64,000 nt of DNA. Source: Eledone cirrhosa (Eukaryota). The notes under the pieces were generated by a model. That model was given only the letters and a program-made list of their open reading frames with translations, made no database searches and was not told the origin of the DNA. The position numbers and the translations under genes were made by a program. The DNA lies in NCBI GenBank assembly GCA_964016885.1, contig OZ024742.1:61132001-61196000 (forward strand), written 5' to 3'. Below are positions 50,050 to 63,499 of the stretch, in pieces. Each line of letters begins with the position of its first letter. Positions within the stretch are counted from its first letter, which is position 1.

Positions 50050-50225
50050 GAGAGAGAGAGAGAGAGAGAGAAATAGTGGGAGGGTGGTCATTTTTGATTG
50101 CTGCCATATTTTCAACGGATGTCACCATCCGTACAGATTGATTACGAAAGCGAGATTTTAATAGGAATATGTTATTAGAGCTCCCACCATCAATTCGCAA
50201 GAAGTCAAGCAGTGTCATGTTTTTA

Positions 50226-50265
<40 letters not shown>

Positions 50266-50410
50266 CGTGTGAGTATGTGTATGTGTGTGTGTATGTATGT
50301 ATATTTATATCAACGCGCGAGATATATGGATTTTAAAAATCATCGACTCTCATTAATCTTCAGGTATAGAATTAACTGACTGTACACTTACACCGACAAT
50401 ATTTCTACAG

Positions 50411-50468
<58 letters not shown>

Positions 50469-50719
50469 TCCGATAAAACATATTTTATTTCTCTTATAAG
50501 TATTTGTATTTGATGTAATAAATAATACGTAAAAAATATATCAATAAGGAACGAAGTAAAAAGAAACATATCTCATCTAAAACTTATATTTATTGGGGAA
50601 AAATGAGTTAATGTAGGAATCAGCAAGAATTATCGTCTTTAAGTTCTTTTTCTTGTTCGAGCTGGAGTGTGTACCAGCTTTATGGGCGTTAAACTTCTGA
50701 GAGAGAACAAGAATACAAT

Positions 50720-51030
50720 GTGTTGAGTTTTATGTTGTATCTCCATCGTTTCCGACGATGAACGTTCCACTTGATTTGATCAACGCAATACCCTACACGG
50801 GAATAAACATGCACGTGGTTGAACATTCCATAGGCTCGTGCACCATTAATGTATATCTTATTGAGATTCTGCCTGAAAGAGAGTGTAACAAGGCTGACTC
50901 TTTGAATTACTGGTACAAAACATCTTTGGAAGTTGAGTGGACTGGAGCAACGTAAAACAAATAATCTTGGGCAAGGAAACATGATTGAACTCACGACCTT
51001 ACCATTTTGAGACAATTATTGTAACCATAA
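50720..51030 (-). mobile_element. Old tRNA-derived SINE remnant
   Basis: Shares blocks with 40640-40825 and with the GAGT..ACTGGAGCAA..CAAGGAAAC..TTGAACTCAC segment of 15872-16128. Confidence 0.55.
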
Positions 51031-51443
51031 CACACAAGATAGCAATATATTTTCAGGGAAAAGCATATGCATAAAGGCTAATGTTACGACAACAACAATC
51101 TTGCATCTTCATTCCATTAATTTTTACTTTGAATCTTAAGTACGTAGACAATGAAAATATTGAGGAGCATGTAGTATGATTAAAATTTAAGAGAATGTTT
51201 TTGACTTTCGAAAAGTTAGTCATCCCAGAAACTGTTAGAAGTTGAAGGAACAGATTATAAGTGTGAGCGTATATTTTCGTTTCTTTCCATGAATGTGGGA
51301 TTTAGAATGTTAAAGGCAAATACCATATTACAGAATACCTTTTGGTGTTGATTATGGCCTTAGCTGAATCGAACCTTAGATCTTTTCTTTCAAATGTTAG
51401 TCACCACCACCACCACCACGTCTTCTTCTTCTTCTTCTTCTTC

Positions 51444-51497
<54 letters not shown>

Positions 51498-51498
<1 letters not shown>

Positions 51499-52984
51499 AG
51501 TTGCATTTATCTTGCTTTATGTTCATACGAGTTATCACCAAGTCACAACCAGTGACCTCAAGAGACAACAAGGTCCGCCATGTTCAAGAAAGAACATAAA
51601 TACTCACACGTGCATCTTTAGTGTTTAGACTTGTGATGTACTTATATTGACAGAATCTTCATTAGTATATGGGCAGTTCCCATTAATACTATCTTTTGTA
51701 TTTCTCCTATACGCGGGTTTCCTGGGATTTGCGATAAGTAATCATTAGACCCCTTAGGTATCATTCCCAGAGCGCCTACAACCACTGGTATTGTTTTAGT
51801 TCTCAATTTCCACATTTTTCCAATTTCTATCTCCAGGTCCTTATACTTGCTCAATTTTTCAAATGTTTTTATAGAAACATTCTTGTCTATTGGAACGGAC
51901 ATATCAATTAGCAGGTATACCCTCTTTTTAAAGTCCTTCAATATTATATCAGGTCTATTTGCATCTATATTTCGGTCTGTTTGGATGCTAAAGTTCCACA
52001 AGATTGAGAGGTGATCTTTTTCAAGTATGGGAGGTGGTTGATGCTCCCACCAATTCTTTTGATGGGGCAGGTCAAAATGCTTACACATTATCCAATGTAT
52101 GTATTGTGCAGCTCTGTCATGCCTGTTTAGGTATTCGGTTGGAGTTATAGGACTGCACATTGAAATTATATGGTCAATGGTCTCTGGTTGTTTTTTGCAT
52201 ACACGGCATAATGGGCTGCATCCATTTTTTATTATGTTGGCTTGGTAATTTTTTGTTGGCAGACACTGATCTTGTGCTGATATAATCAGTCCTTCAGTCT
52301 CCGATTTCAGTCCAGAGGATGCCAACCACTGATGAGTTAAAGTTTTGTCAACATCAGGATTGTTAGCTCGTTCTGGGTATTTTCCATACAGAGGCTTTTC
52401 TTGCCATTTCTTAGCCAGTTTCTGTAGCAGTTCTTTCTTTGCAGTTACTTTTACCTGCTTTGCTTTTTCTGTGTTTTCCATTTCAGCAGTAAATGGGACT
52501 TCTGAAATTTGTAGTCCATTACTGTATCTTTGTGCATCTTTTGTAATGGAATATGATCTTTTGATGCTTTGGTGTTTCAAAACGAGTTTGATCATCCAAT
52601 CATGTGATTCCCTTAGATATGTAGATAATCCAATTGTTGTAGTTTTCAACGCAATGTCTAACTGGATTAACCCACGTCCTCCTTCTTTCCTAGGGAGATA
52701 TATTCTATCTGTATCTGCCTTAGGGTGATGCATTCTGTGCATGGTTAAGAATTTTCGAATTTTTGTATCGAGCCTACGGATCTCTGTGCTTGACCAGTTG
52801 ATGACATTGTAACTGTAGGTTTCTACTGGTATGGCAAGCGTGTTTATGGCATCGATCCTATTCCTTGCATTCAATTCCATTCTTAAGATTGCTCTTACTC
52901 TGCGGTAACATTCCTTCCTTATTCTTTCCCTCATTGTCGAGTGCTTGATTCCGTCTCCTTCACAAACACCTAGATATTTGTAAG
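51498..52984 (-). mobile_element. 5'-truncated R4/Dong-clade retrotransposon in (TTA)n
   Basis: Flanked by (TTA)n at 51445-51497 and 52987-53032; begins at the RT-terminal YKYLG motif. Confidence 0.92.
51642..52934 (-). CDS. Open 430-aa C-terminal part of the R4/Dong ORF (thumb, CCHC finger, restriction-like endonuclease)
   Basis: RIYLPRKEGGRGL, CRVC..ETIDHIISMC, RHD, RPDII..LIDMSVP..EKLSKY; uninterrupted but lacks most of RT. Confidence 0.85.
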   Translation of the reverse strand: MRERIRKECYRRVRAILRMELNARNRIDAINTLAIPVETYSYNVINWSSTEIRRLDTKIRKFLTMHRMHHPKADTDRIYLPRKEGGRGLIQLDIALKTTTIGLSTYLRESHDWMIKLVLKHQSIKRSYSITKDAQRYSNGLQISEVPFTAEMENTEKAKQVKVTAKKELLQKLAKKWQEKPLYGKYPERANNPDVDKTLTHQWLASSGLKSETEGLIISAQDQCLPTKNYQANIIKNGCSPLCRVCKKQPETIDHIISMCSPITPTEYLNRHDRAAQYIHWIMCKHFDLPHQKNWWEHQPPPILEKDHLSILWNFSIQTDRNIDANRPDIILKDFKKRVYLLIDMSVPIDKNVSIKTFEKLSKYKDLEIEIGKMWKLRTKTIPVVVGALGMIPKGSNDYLSQIPGNPRIGEIQKIVLMGTAHILMKILSI

Positions 52985-53032
<48 letters not shown>

Positions 53033-55207
53033 GGCGACCTACGTAGTAAATCGTATCATCGTGAGCTCCGCAAAGGTTTGTTATTTCCGTTTGTTAAAAA
53101 TTGCCATTTATGGAAATTTTTATTGTTAACTATATATAAGTGCACATACATTGTTTTCCGAAAAGGACACCCAAAAAGATTGGGGCCTTGTGCCCAAAAT
53201 TTAAACTTTTATGATTATCAAAAAATTTCTTTTAAAAAAAAATGGCTAATTCAACACTGCACCAAGCAGCTGAAAGCCTTTCTCACAAATTAACACCTCA
53301 CACCGACACCACCATTGTAAATGATACTACGTCTGCCAACACAAACAATTTAAGCAGTAGCAATATTTTTAATTTGTCTCAGGCAGACATTCATTTCCCG
53401 CCATTAGCTCTGTATTGAGAGTGAACGGTCACCTTTCGGAACCGTTCAACATAATGCGCTCGGTCCGCCAAGGATGTCCCCTCTCGTCCCTATTGTACGT
53501 ATTGAAACTGGAGACGTTGAGGGGGGTCCCGCGCGAACTAGGATGCGGAAGATCCGTGTCAGCATATGCGGATGATGTCACCGTAGTGGTGTCGAACGCC
53601 AAACACATCGACGCGATCGGCACTACACTAAGAGAATACGAGCGGTAACAGGAGCAATGATCAACCAGGAAAAGTCAGTGGGACTGCAGCTCGGCACCTG
53701 GAGAGGCAGGTCCATGCCGTCTAACAGCGTCGTCGGGTGCTGGACGGACGGACCGGTTAAATTGCTAGGGGTCTGGTTCGGTCCGGACCTCCAGACGGAC
53801 AAAAACTGGGACGAGGTGACGAGCAGGGTGGCTTCTCTCACCCAGAAATGGGCGGAGAGGAAGCTATCCCTGAAAGGTCGAGCAGAGGTGGCTAACGCGT
53901 ACATCGCGTCTGTCATCTGCTACCGCCTGACCGTCGTACCTTGTCCTAAGCCCCGCCTGGGTGTGCTGGAGCGTTTGCTCTTTCGCTTCTTGTGGAAGGG
54001 ACGCGCTCCGATGGTCAGGCGGTCCATCTGCTGCTAGCACCCTCTACGCGGAGGGCTGGGAATGCCGTGGCTAATGATGCGCAGACATGCGTTGAGGCTG
54101 CGACATCTCCAGATATTCTGCCTCAACGGTGAACAGGCGTGGTCGCCGTTTATCAGACGGGCCTTTCCGCAGCTCATTTCTTTGACTGAGCTGCAGTCCT
54201 GGGTCAAGAAGAGACCGAGACTGGGTGACTGGCACCTGGAATGTTGCCAGGCACTCACTGCCCTCTACCAAGCGGGCAATACGATCAGTGGAACTTCCAC
54301 TCTCGAGTTCTATAGAGGATTAGTGGTTGGCAAGTTCGATGACGCACAGAGAAAAGCTTTGGGCCTCGACGAAGTCAAACTGACCAGTCTGTACCCGAGG
54401 ACTTTTGAGCCGGGGACGATGGACAATTTCCAGAAATCCCTCGCTTGGCAGTGCTACCGGGGGGCACTGCCGGTTCGGGATAAACTATACAGGCACGGAA
54501 GTGCTGTCAGACGGACCTGCTCAAGATGCTCACAAAACGACGAAACCGTTCTGCACGCACTTGTCCAATGTCCGTGCATTACTGACTTGTGGAGTTATGT
54601 CGAACAGCTACTGTCGCGTGTGGAACGAATCCGGCTATCGGCCGAGTCCATAGTGAAGATCGATCCACCCCTTCAATAGGTCAGGAAGAGCAGGAAATTT
54701 TCCTCTGTCTGGTGGCAGTTGCGAAAGAGATTATATGGTGGACCAGGTTGAAAGGACTAAAGGCAGACACTTTTCTCTTCGGCCAATCCCTCATCAACTT
54801 CTTCAAGTTTCACCTGGAAAGGAAGGTGAGGGTGGAGAGAGAAGTGCTGCCCCCCAGTACATTTGCTAAAAGGCGAATGTGGCGAGAATGGCTCGTGTTA
54901 ATGGGCCTACTCTGACCATGCGCCTATAGGCTGGCTAACTTGAGGAGAGGGGTGCACTCCCTGGGTGCCCTAGAAGCGCAGGGTGGTTCAGGATTGGTGG
55001 GGTACCTGAGGCACCCCAGGGTCGTACACCCGCTATCGGGGAATTTATTTTGTTATATTTATGGATAGTTTATTTTATATTTTTATATTTTCATTGTTAA
55101 ATTAGTCTTGCCATTGTGCACTTTTACTCCACCTTATTGTAAACCCCCACTGTCCCTGTCTTTGTATTGTCCCCTACATGTCGCTACAGGTGGTTAATAA
55201 ATGAAAT
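53033..55207 (+). mobile_element. Mosaic Tx1 copy G (distinct 5' end, E/H-type RT, B/D-type C-terminus and 3'UTR)
   Basis: 5'UTR and ORF1 start 53033-53414; abrupt entry into RT at ~53415; family switch at ~53960-54100; AATAAATGAAA+(TTA)n end. Confidence 0.85.
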
Positions 55208-55441
55208 TATTATTATTATTATTATTGAATGCCATGGTTGACGGAGGCTCGGCTCTGTAAGGTATAGTAATTTTTAACCGTTAAAACAATTGTAAATTGT
55301 TTAAAACTTGAACCAAATTGTTGATAAAGACACCCTCCTCCTCGTGAGAGGGGTCTTTCTGTCCGTTATTTGGCCCTTCGGGGTTAAATAACCAGTTATT
55401 GGGGTTTTGTACCCAAAATTTCATTTTAAACAAAAAACAAC

Positions 55442-57532
55442 ATGGCTACGAAAAAGAAATTTCATACGTCACTCCCACTCATTCCGTCTTCTTCTTCCTC
55501 AATCATCACTACAGCAGAGAGAAGATTGTCTCTCTCCCTCTCTTCTTTAAATGTGTCTCTCTCCCTCCCTTCTCTTTCGCAAGTGACGAAAGAAAAGAAA
55601 AGTCTCGTGCAAAGCGTGCAAGGTTTCTCCACGACGACGACGACAGCGACGAAACAGGTGTGCGGGAAATACGAAAACCCAGTTCATTCGTCTGACGTCA
55701 GGAATAATAGCAGTAGCAGCCGTAATAACAACAGCAACAGTGACAATGAAAACAACAGTAGCAGCCGCAACAGCATCACCAGCAGCATAAACAACAACAG
55801 CATTAGCAGCAGCAACACCAACAACAACCACAGCAACAGCGGCGGAGGCAGTAGTCGTAGTAACTGCAGCAACAACAAAAGTACCAGCAGCTCTGACGAC
55901 AACAACAACAGCAGAGAAAAACCAATCTCATTTGCAGGTATTGCGAAAAACTTGGAAACAATCCTCATAACAAATGAGGAATTAGAGGAAGCGAAGAAGA
56001 TGGTGACAAAGAACGGACACCGCGCAATCTGCAGGGCAGCGGAAAAATTTTTCGAAACCCAAGAGCACTGTACGGTCACGTACCGTACAGTAAGTACAAA
56101 ATCCCGTAGGGTGGAAAGAGCCACAGAGGCCCAAATACAAAAAGCCTTGGGGTCTGTGTGGCAGCGGAAAACGCACATCACCCGAGGCAAAAAATATGCC
56201 ACCGTAGACGTACTTTTTGCCACACCCCAGGAGGCAAATGCCCAATAAGTAGTGACACTAAGGAGCGAGGAAATGGTGTTGGTGCCCTCCTACTGCGGGC
56301 AAAAAATTGTGAGGGTCAAACTGACCCACGTCCCCCCCGGAATGACCCCTTCTTGGCTGGCCGCGTCTGTCCTCGTCGGAATCGAGGACAAAAGAACTGT
56401 ACTGCAAGTACAGAAAAAAAAGTAAGAGTCGGCTCCTCCATTGAGATGCTAATCCAAACCAACCAGGAGTGCATCGAAGCTATCCCGGATGTGATAGACT
56501 TCGATAACGGCACTCAACTGCCCATAAGTGTTGAGGGCAAACGCCCGAAATGCTTTCGCTGTGGATCGAAGACTCACCTCAGGGCCTTCTGCAACGTAAA
56601 GACCCTGAGAAAGGAGAAACCCCCCCCTCCTTCCGAATCCGGCTCCACGGCTACCAGCAACAGGACAAGCGGCAACCAGGAACGATAGGTCCGTGGCACC
56701 CATACCCACTCCACGGAAATCAAAAACAGCAGCAGCAGTGGAAATATTAACAACAACAACAGCAATACCAAATGCAGCTACAACAGAGACTCCAGTGCAA
56801 ACATCACCAACAACAACAAGTGAAAGAGTGGAGCTGGTACCCCTCCCCGACCTCACAGAAACAGACATGGAGTGTGAGGTGGGAGAGGGATGGCAAAAGG
56901 TCGCAAGAAGGCACAAACGCAGAAGCAACGCATCGTCGCCTTTGAAAAGGGAGGAAAGAAATGAGAAAAGGGTAAAGTCTACTGCAAAGAGACCCACAGC
57001 AGCAACACCACCAACACCATCACCACCCACACTAGCACCACCATCACCACCGGCGACAACCCCACCGCCAACAACACCTTCAACGCCACCACCACAAGCA
57101 CCAACATCGCAAACACAACAACAAAACACACACACCCAGCAACAACGACAAGAAAATAGCAGAACCACACCCCACCCCCAGAAAAACAAATGCACGGCAA
57201 TAAACACACACAACAAGAAACTAATGACTTACATAATTGAACACACAGACATTTCACAACAGGACTACATAATACCAGCACCAATCAAAACGCCAACTAA
57301 CATAAGACTGCTAAAAATAGCACAGAAACAATACACAAACATTAAAACGAAATTCCCCAACGCAGTTGGTGATTTCAGGGACCTAGGAGGAACCATCAAT
57401 CGAAGAGTATATTCAGACATTCTCTTAGAAGAGCCGACGACCAGCCGAAGGGACGATTCAACGGTCCCTTCACCAGACGATCAAGTGAAAAGGGATGTAA
57501 AAACCATCCCTCCTCTACCAAAATTACGGTAA
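55442..57532 (+). pseudogene. ORF1p of copy H (nonsense at 56246 and frameshifts)
   Basis: Pieces of 268, 176 and 279 aa match copy E ORF1, including CFRCGSKTHLRAFC. Confidence 0.9.
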
Positions 57533-57567
57533 GTGGTCTTTCCCATCTTTTCCACTCTATTTTAAAC

Positions 57568-60500
57568 ATGACCTCACTCAGAATAGGCAGCATAAATGCG
57601 CGTGGCTTGGGGTCGTCATGAAAGCAGGGTCACCTGCTCAACGACCTCAGGCCAATCAGCGAGACCAGAATCTCCGAAGCACGGGCCTTCGCACCGATCT
57701 TCGGCGGCTACGATGTGTACGCATCTCCCAGCCGTCCTGGATCGGGTGGAGGAGTTGCTGTGCTTTTTCGGAGAGGTTTGGATCTCGCCATACGGGCCAT
57801 CTTCCTGGACCCAGAGGGTAAGCTGGTGGTGCTGGACGTGACCAGCGGAGACGGGCAAGCTTTCAGGCTAGTGGCCGTCTATGCCCCGACAGGAGCAGGG
57901 CGGCCTGATTTCTTCCGGCGTCTGGAGACCTTTCTTGGAACGTCCCGCTCTTTAGTGTTAGTGGGCGACTGGAACGGGATCTTAGATGCACGCTGGGACT
58001 GTGTGGAATTAGCGGATAGGGGTGGAGGGTGCAAGAGCCTCACCAACCTGCTCAGGCGTTTTGAACTGTCTGACAGGTACCGATTGGATTTCCCGAATGT
58101 GCCAATGTGGACTTGGACAAACCGCATAGGGTCATCCAGATCATATCTAGATAGAATATTTTGTAGGGAAATAGATAGGTCTAGCATAGGCTGTCCACGA
58201 TTCAAGATAGTCAGCTACACGGACCACAAATTCGTGACCTGTGTGCTTGACTTAGATTGGCTTCATAGACGAGGACCCGGCTACTGGAAGCTAAACGCGT
58301 CCTTACCAGCGCGCAAGGCCTACAGAGACCGGATTAGAGAACTAGTTAAGCGGGCGTTGACGGGGGCCATCGTCAACAACAAGTGGTGGTTTGCTCTGAA
58401 AAGAGCGATTAGAATAGAATCGATTAGGTTTAGTAAGGCTTTAGCAATAGAGAAAAATAGAGCAGAGGGAGAACTAGTTAGAAAATTAGACGAGGCGCTT
58501 AGCAAAGGCATTGCGACCGACGTGCTTGCGGCGAAATTGGCCCTTGACCAATTCTTCAATGCAAAGCACGAAGGCTGCGTTGTCAGAGCTAGGGTGCGTG
58601 CTCTCAGATACGAGGGGACGAAAGCCGTTCAATGGGCCCGAGTGGCGGAGGCGCGTCGTGGCAACAAAGCCACGGTCCGGTCTTTGGTGGACCACGACGG
58701 GCGCATGCTACTCGATCCCGGGCAAATGTGTGAAGCTTTTCAGCGACACTTCGCTCAGCTGTTCGGGGGCAGCGGGGGGCCGGGTAGAGGGATGGACTTT
58801 AGTGTCTACCTCGACGGACTGCCGCGGCTCTCGGCCACTGAGGCGAAGTGTTGCGAAAAGCCGATAACAGCCGCTGAAGTAAGGGAGGCAATGACTGGCT
58901 GCACAAGGGGTAAATCGCCTGGTTTGGATGGTCTGCCCTATGAACTTTACGTACAGATGCCAGACTTGTTCGGAGGCCTCTTGGCGGACGTCTACTGCAA
59001 CTGGCAACAGAACGGGAGAATTCCCAGTTCTGTGAGCCGAGGAGCGGTGGCACTGCTGAGAAAGGATCCGAACAAGGGGGATAACATAGACAATTTCCGG
59101 CCCATAACTCTGCTAAACACAGAGTTCAAGATTTTGGCCAAGGTGCTAGCAAAGAGGTTGGCGCTTGTCGTTGGTGGTCTGGTGGGAGAGGCGCAGACAT
59201 GCGCCATTCCCGACAGATCCATCCACGACAACCTCCACCTCATGCGATACATCATAGAGAGGGTAGCTAAGGAACCTGGCACGGGTGGGTCTTTGATCAA
59301 TTTAGATCAGCCGAAAGCTTTCGATAGGGTCGACCATCGTTACCTAGCGGCCGTCCTGAGGGCGGCTGGCTTTGGGCCCGTCTTCAGAGGCTGGATCGCT
59401 GCCATGCACAGCGACATCTGCTCTGTGGTGAGAGTGAACGGTCACCTGTCGGAACCGTTCAACATCATGCGCTCGGTCCGCCAAGGATGTCCCCTCTCGT
59501 CCCTCTTGTACGTATTGACTCTCGAGCCATTACTGCACAAACTGGAGACGTTGAGGGGAGTCCCGCGCGAACTAGGATGCGGAAGATCCGTGTCAGCATA
59601 TGCGGACGATGTCACCGTAGTGGTGTCGAACGCCAAACACATCGAGGCGATCGGCACTACACTAAGAGAATACGAAGCGGTGACAGGAGCAATGATCAAC
59701 CAGGAAAAGTCAGTGGACCTGCAGCTCGGCACCTGGAGAGGCAGGTCCATGCCGTCCAACAGCGTCGTCGGGCGCTGGACGGACGGACCGGTTAAATTGC
59801 TAGGGGTCTGGTTCGGTCCGGACCTCCAGACGGACAAAAACTGGGACGAGGTGACGAGCAGGGTGGCTTCTCTCACCCAGAAATGGGCGGAGAGGAAGCT
59901 ATCCCTGAAAGGTCGAGCGGAGGTGGCTAACGCGTACATCGCGTCTGTCATCTGCTACCGCCTGACCGTCGTACCTTGTCCTAAGCCTCGCCTGACTGCG
60001 CTTGAGCGTTTGCTCTTTCGCTTTTTGTGGAAGGGACGTGCTCCGATGGTCAGGCGGTCCATCTGTTGTCAACACCCGCTACGTGGAGGGCTGGGCATGC
60101 CGTGGCTGATGATGCGCAGGCACGCGCTCAGGTTACGACATCTCCACCTCTTCCTCGACGGTGATCAGGTGTGGTCGCCGTTTGCTAGGCGCGTATTTCC
60201 CCAGCTCGTTTCTTTGACGGAGCTGCAGTCCTGGGTCAAGCGAAGACCGAGAGGGAGCGCCTGTAGACTGGAATGTCTTCAGGCGCTCACAGCCCTCGAC
60301 CAATCGGGCAATGTGATCGGTGGAAACTCCACCTCGGCGTTCTATAGAGGATTAGTGGAGGGGAAGAGCGACGACGTACTTGGGGAAACTCTAGGCGTCG
60401 ACGAAAATCAACTAGCCAATCTCTTCGGAAGAACTTTCGGGCCGGGGCCTATGGACAACTTCCAGAAATCTCTGGCCTGGCAGTGCTACCGAGGAGCCTT

Positions 60501-60966
60501 GCCAGTTCGGGATAAACTCTACAGGCATGGAGGTGCCGTCAGCCGGGCATGTCCGAGATGCGCGCAGGGCGACGAAACCGTCCTGCACGCACTCATCCAG
60601 TGTCCGAAAATTGCTGACTTGTGGGTTTATGTCGAACACCTGCTGTCGCGTTTAGGACCGATCCAGCTATCATCTGAGTCCATCGTGAGGATTGCCCCGC
60701 CCTCCTCCTTTAGCCGGGAAGGGCAGGCAGTTTTTATCTGTCTGGTGGCCATGGCGAAAGAGATAGTATGGTGGACACGTTTGAAAGGGCTGAAGACGAG
60801 CACTTACCTCTTCGGTGATGCTCTGATTGACTTTTTCAAATTTCATTTGAAAAGGAAAATCAGAGTAGAGAGGGAAGTGCTCTCTTCCCAGCATTTTGTT
60901 GAAAGATGGGTGAGAGAAGCAAGAATGGCCCGAGTGAATGGGCCTACTCTGAGTATATATCTGTAA
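57568..60966 (+). pseudogene. ORF2p of copy H (APE-RT-zinc finger); 1083 codons open from 57715
   Basis: ATG at 57568, TGG>TGA at 57619 and a short deletion at ~57650 break the EN N-terminus; remainder open (PGLDGL, NFRPITLLN, KAFDRV, VRQGCPLS, YADD, CPRC..H..C). Confidence 0.93.
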
Positions 60967-61241
60967 ATTAAAGGTGGAAAACTGGGAGAGGGCACTTGCC
61001 TTGGTGGTCAGGGTCATTGTGGCTTTTTACTGGGCTTTCTCCACAAATGTCCCTCCGAAGTCTCCCCCCTATTGGGGAATTTTTCATTGTTATTTTCATT
61101 GTTATTTTTGTTACATCCTCTGTTTTTGTTTTTTACACGCAGAAATGCCCATTTGTACCGTCCTGCATTGTCCTGCACTGTCCTTAATGTCTACTTTATG
61201 TAAACCCTTGTGGTTAATAAAGAAATCATTATTATTATTAT

Positions 61242-61291
<50 letters not shown>

Positions 61292-61322
61292 ATAGTAATA
61301 GTAGTAGCAGCAGCATTGATTA

Positions 61323-61625
61323 TTGGTCGGACGCCTTTTTGCTCGCTCCTGTAAGTTTTTTTATTACTTGTTATAAACCATATATTGTTATTCTTTCGTT
61401 GTCGTGAAAGTGACATAAGCCCTTGGACTTTGCCCTCTAGAGGGGAGACTCCAATATATTTTGGTCTTTGGCCCACATATTTCTATTATCCCTTGTTTTA
61501 TTTTACATCGTTAGTACATTTTTATTTTAAATGGAGGCACAGCCCCTTCCAAACCCAGTACGAGTGACCTCACGTGTGGTCCAAAGGCCGTCACTACCAT
61601 ATCACCAGGATCACCGTCACCGTGG
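61323..61625 (+). mobile_element. 5' end of another Tx1 copy (I), C/D-type 5'UTR, rest lost
   Basis: GGACGCCTTTTTGCTCGCTC..GCCCTTGGACTTTGCCCT matches the 5' ends of copies C and D. Confidence 0.75.
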
Positions 61626-61629
61626 CTGC

Positions 61630-62520
61630 CTTTGCCAACAACACAGAAAGAGTACACAGCTGCTGACAAGGAAGTGAAGAGAAACCCAAAGAAGGGCAAG
61701 GGAGACTACATCGACAACATGGTCAGTCAAGCAGAGAAAGCAGCAGGACAGGGGAACCTGAAAGATCGTATTAAGTGGCCAAAACTCTACCAGGCAGATT
61801 CCTGCTGACTGCGAAACCAGTGAAGGACAAGAATGGAAACCCGTTGAGAACTGAGAAACAACTGAAAGGATGGTAGAGCACTACAGGGAGCTGCTAAACC
61901 ATCCCACCCCTAAATTACCACCAGATATTCCACTAGCAATGACTCAATTACCCATCAATTGTGCGAAACCGTCAAAAATAGAAATCCTAAAAGCCATCCT
62001 GACACTGAAATTTGGGAAAGCTGCAGTGGCGGATGAAATACCAGCAGAAGCCATCAACGCAGACATAGAGACAGCTGTCTAGATGTTACACAGCCTCCTC
62101 AGTAAGTTCTAGGAAAAGGAAATGTCCCGATATAGTGGAAGGAAGGGATCATCATGAAACTGCCGAATAAATGTGACCTCAGGAATCGCAGCAACTACCG
62201 AGGGATCATGCTTCTGTCAGTGCCGGGCAAGGTTTCTCATCAGGAGACGGAAAACAATCGACCCTAAGCTCAGGCGGGATTCCACAGGAACAGATCCTGT
62301 GCTGATCAGATGACCAGCCCACGCATCATCGTGGAGCAGTCACTGAAGTGGAATTCCCCACTCTACATCAACTTCATAACCTATGAGAAACGTTCGACAG
62401 AGATACATTGTCGGAGCTGCTAATGCACTATGCCTGGGAAGATTATCCCCCTCATCCTGTGCACTTACCAAGGACATGACCTGTAAGATCGCCCACACCG
62501 GCCAACTGTCAGGGAGACTC
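61630..62520 (+). mobile_element. Decayed RTE-clade LINE RT fragment
   Basis: WVEHYRELLN, KAAVADEIPAE, WKEG, NYRGIMLLSVPGKV, QAGFHRNRSCADQ, RIIVEQSLKWNSPLYINF. Confidence 0.85.
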
Positions 62521-62529
62521 TCATCACTT

Positions 62530-62820
62530 GACATGGGAATGGGTGTTTGGAAAGAACAGTGACCACGATCTAAATGGAAACGGATGGATCTTATCAAACT
62601 ACTTTTCTAGTAATGGGCTCTCTATTTTGAACAATTTCTCCAAGCACATAGATATCGATACGTATACATGGTTTAAGAGGAGTCGCGAATAGATCTCATA
62701 ATGTGATTTGTTTTTATTGTCTCTGATCTATTCGATTTTGTCCTGGGTAGTTGAATTAAGAGAGGGGGTGAGCTCTTAACTGATTAGCAGTTAGTTATAG
62801 GCAGCGTGATACTTTGCTGA
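62530..62820 (+). mobile_element. Decayed APE endonuclease fragment of an RTE-like LINE
   Basis: GVFGKN..LNGNG..NGLSILN..YTW..KRGGELLTD-like translation across frameshifts. Confidence 0.5.
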
Positions 62821-62989
62821 TTTTCTATATCCATTCAAAACATCTTCTCATGTACATGAGATATATGTGCACGCGTCTCTGTACATTTTACGCCACCAGG
62901 TGCATTAACCCGATTTATTCCAATATTACGTATAACTATGAAATATATTTATAATTACTTGAATTGTTGTGGCTATATTATCAAATATT

Positions 62990-63058
<69 letters not shown>

Positions 63059-63333
63059 ATGTATATATATATATATCATACTATATTACTTTACCGTTAT
63101 TTATTTCCAAGTTTCACCTGTTGACTCGGAGAGGCTGTCTTTAGACAGTGGCTTGAAAATATTTATGTCACCTTTTCTAATTTACATATATATTTGACTT
63201 AAATCATATTATAATTATAATCGAACATCAAACAGCTGTTTATTATGATATACGTGAGCATGTATGTAAGTATATATTATGTATGTATGTGTGTATCCAT
63301 GTATATAAATATATATACATAAACCTATATATA

Positions 63334-63405
<72 letters not shown>

Positions 63406-63439
63406 ATATAGTTATGTAATAAACAACATAAGGCAATTA

Positions 63440-63499
63440 TTCCATTTACCAGTGGTTTCTTAAAAGCAAAAAATTTTGCTTTCAATCATCAGAATGAAA
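63440..63499 (-). ncRNA. Minimal type I hammerhead ribozyme in a ~115-bp island between (TA)n tracts
   Basis: Minus strand: TTTCATT-CTGATGA-TTGAAAGCAAA-loop-TTTGCTTTTAA-GAAA-CCACTGG-TA-AATGGAA; 7-bp stem I, 11-bp stem II, near-palindromic stem III. Confidence 0.82.

Larger units (their letters stand above)
55227..61227 (+). mobile_element. Tx1/L1-clade LINE copy H, full-length (~6.0 kb), young
   Basis: Collinear with copy E; (TTA)n on both sides, then (TAG)n. Confidence 0.95.
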
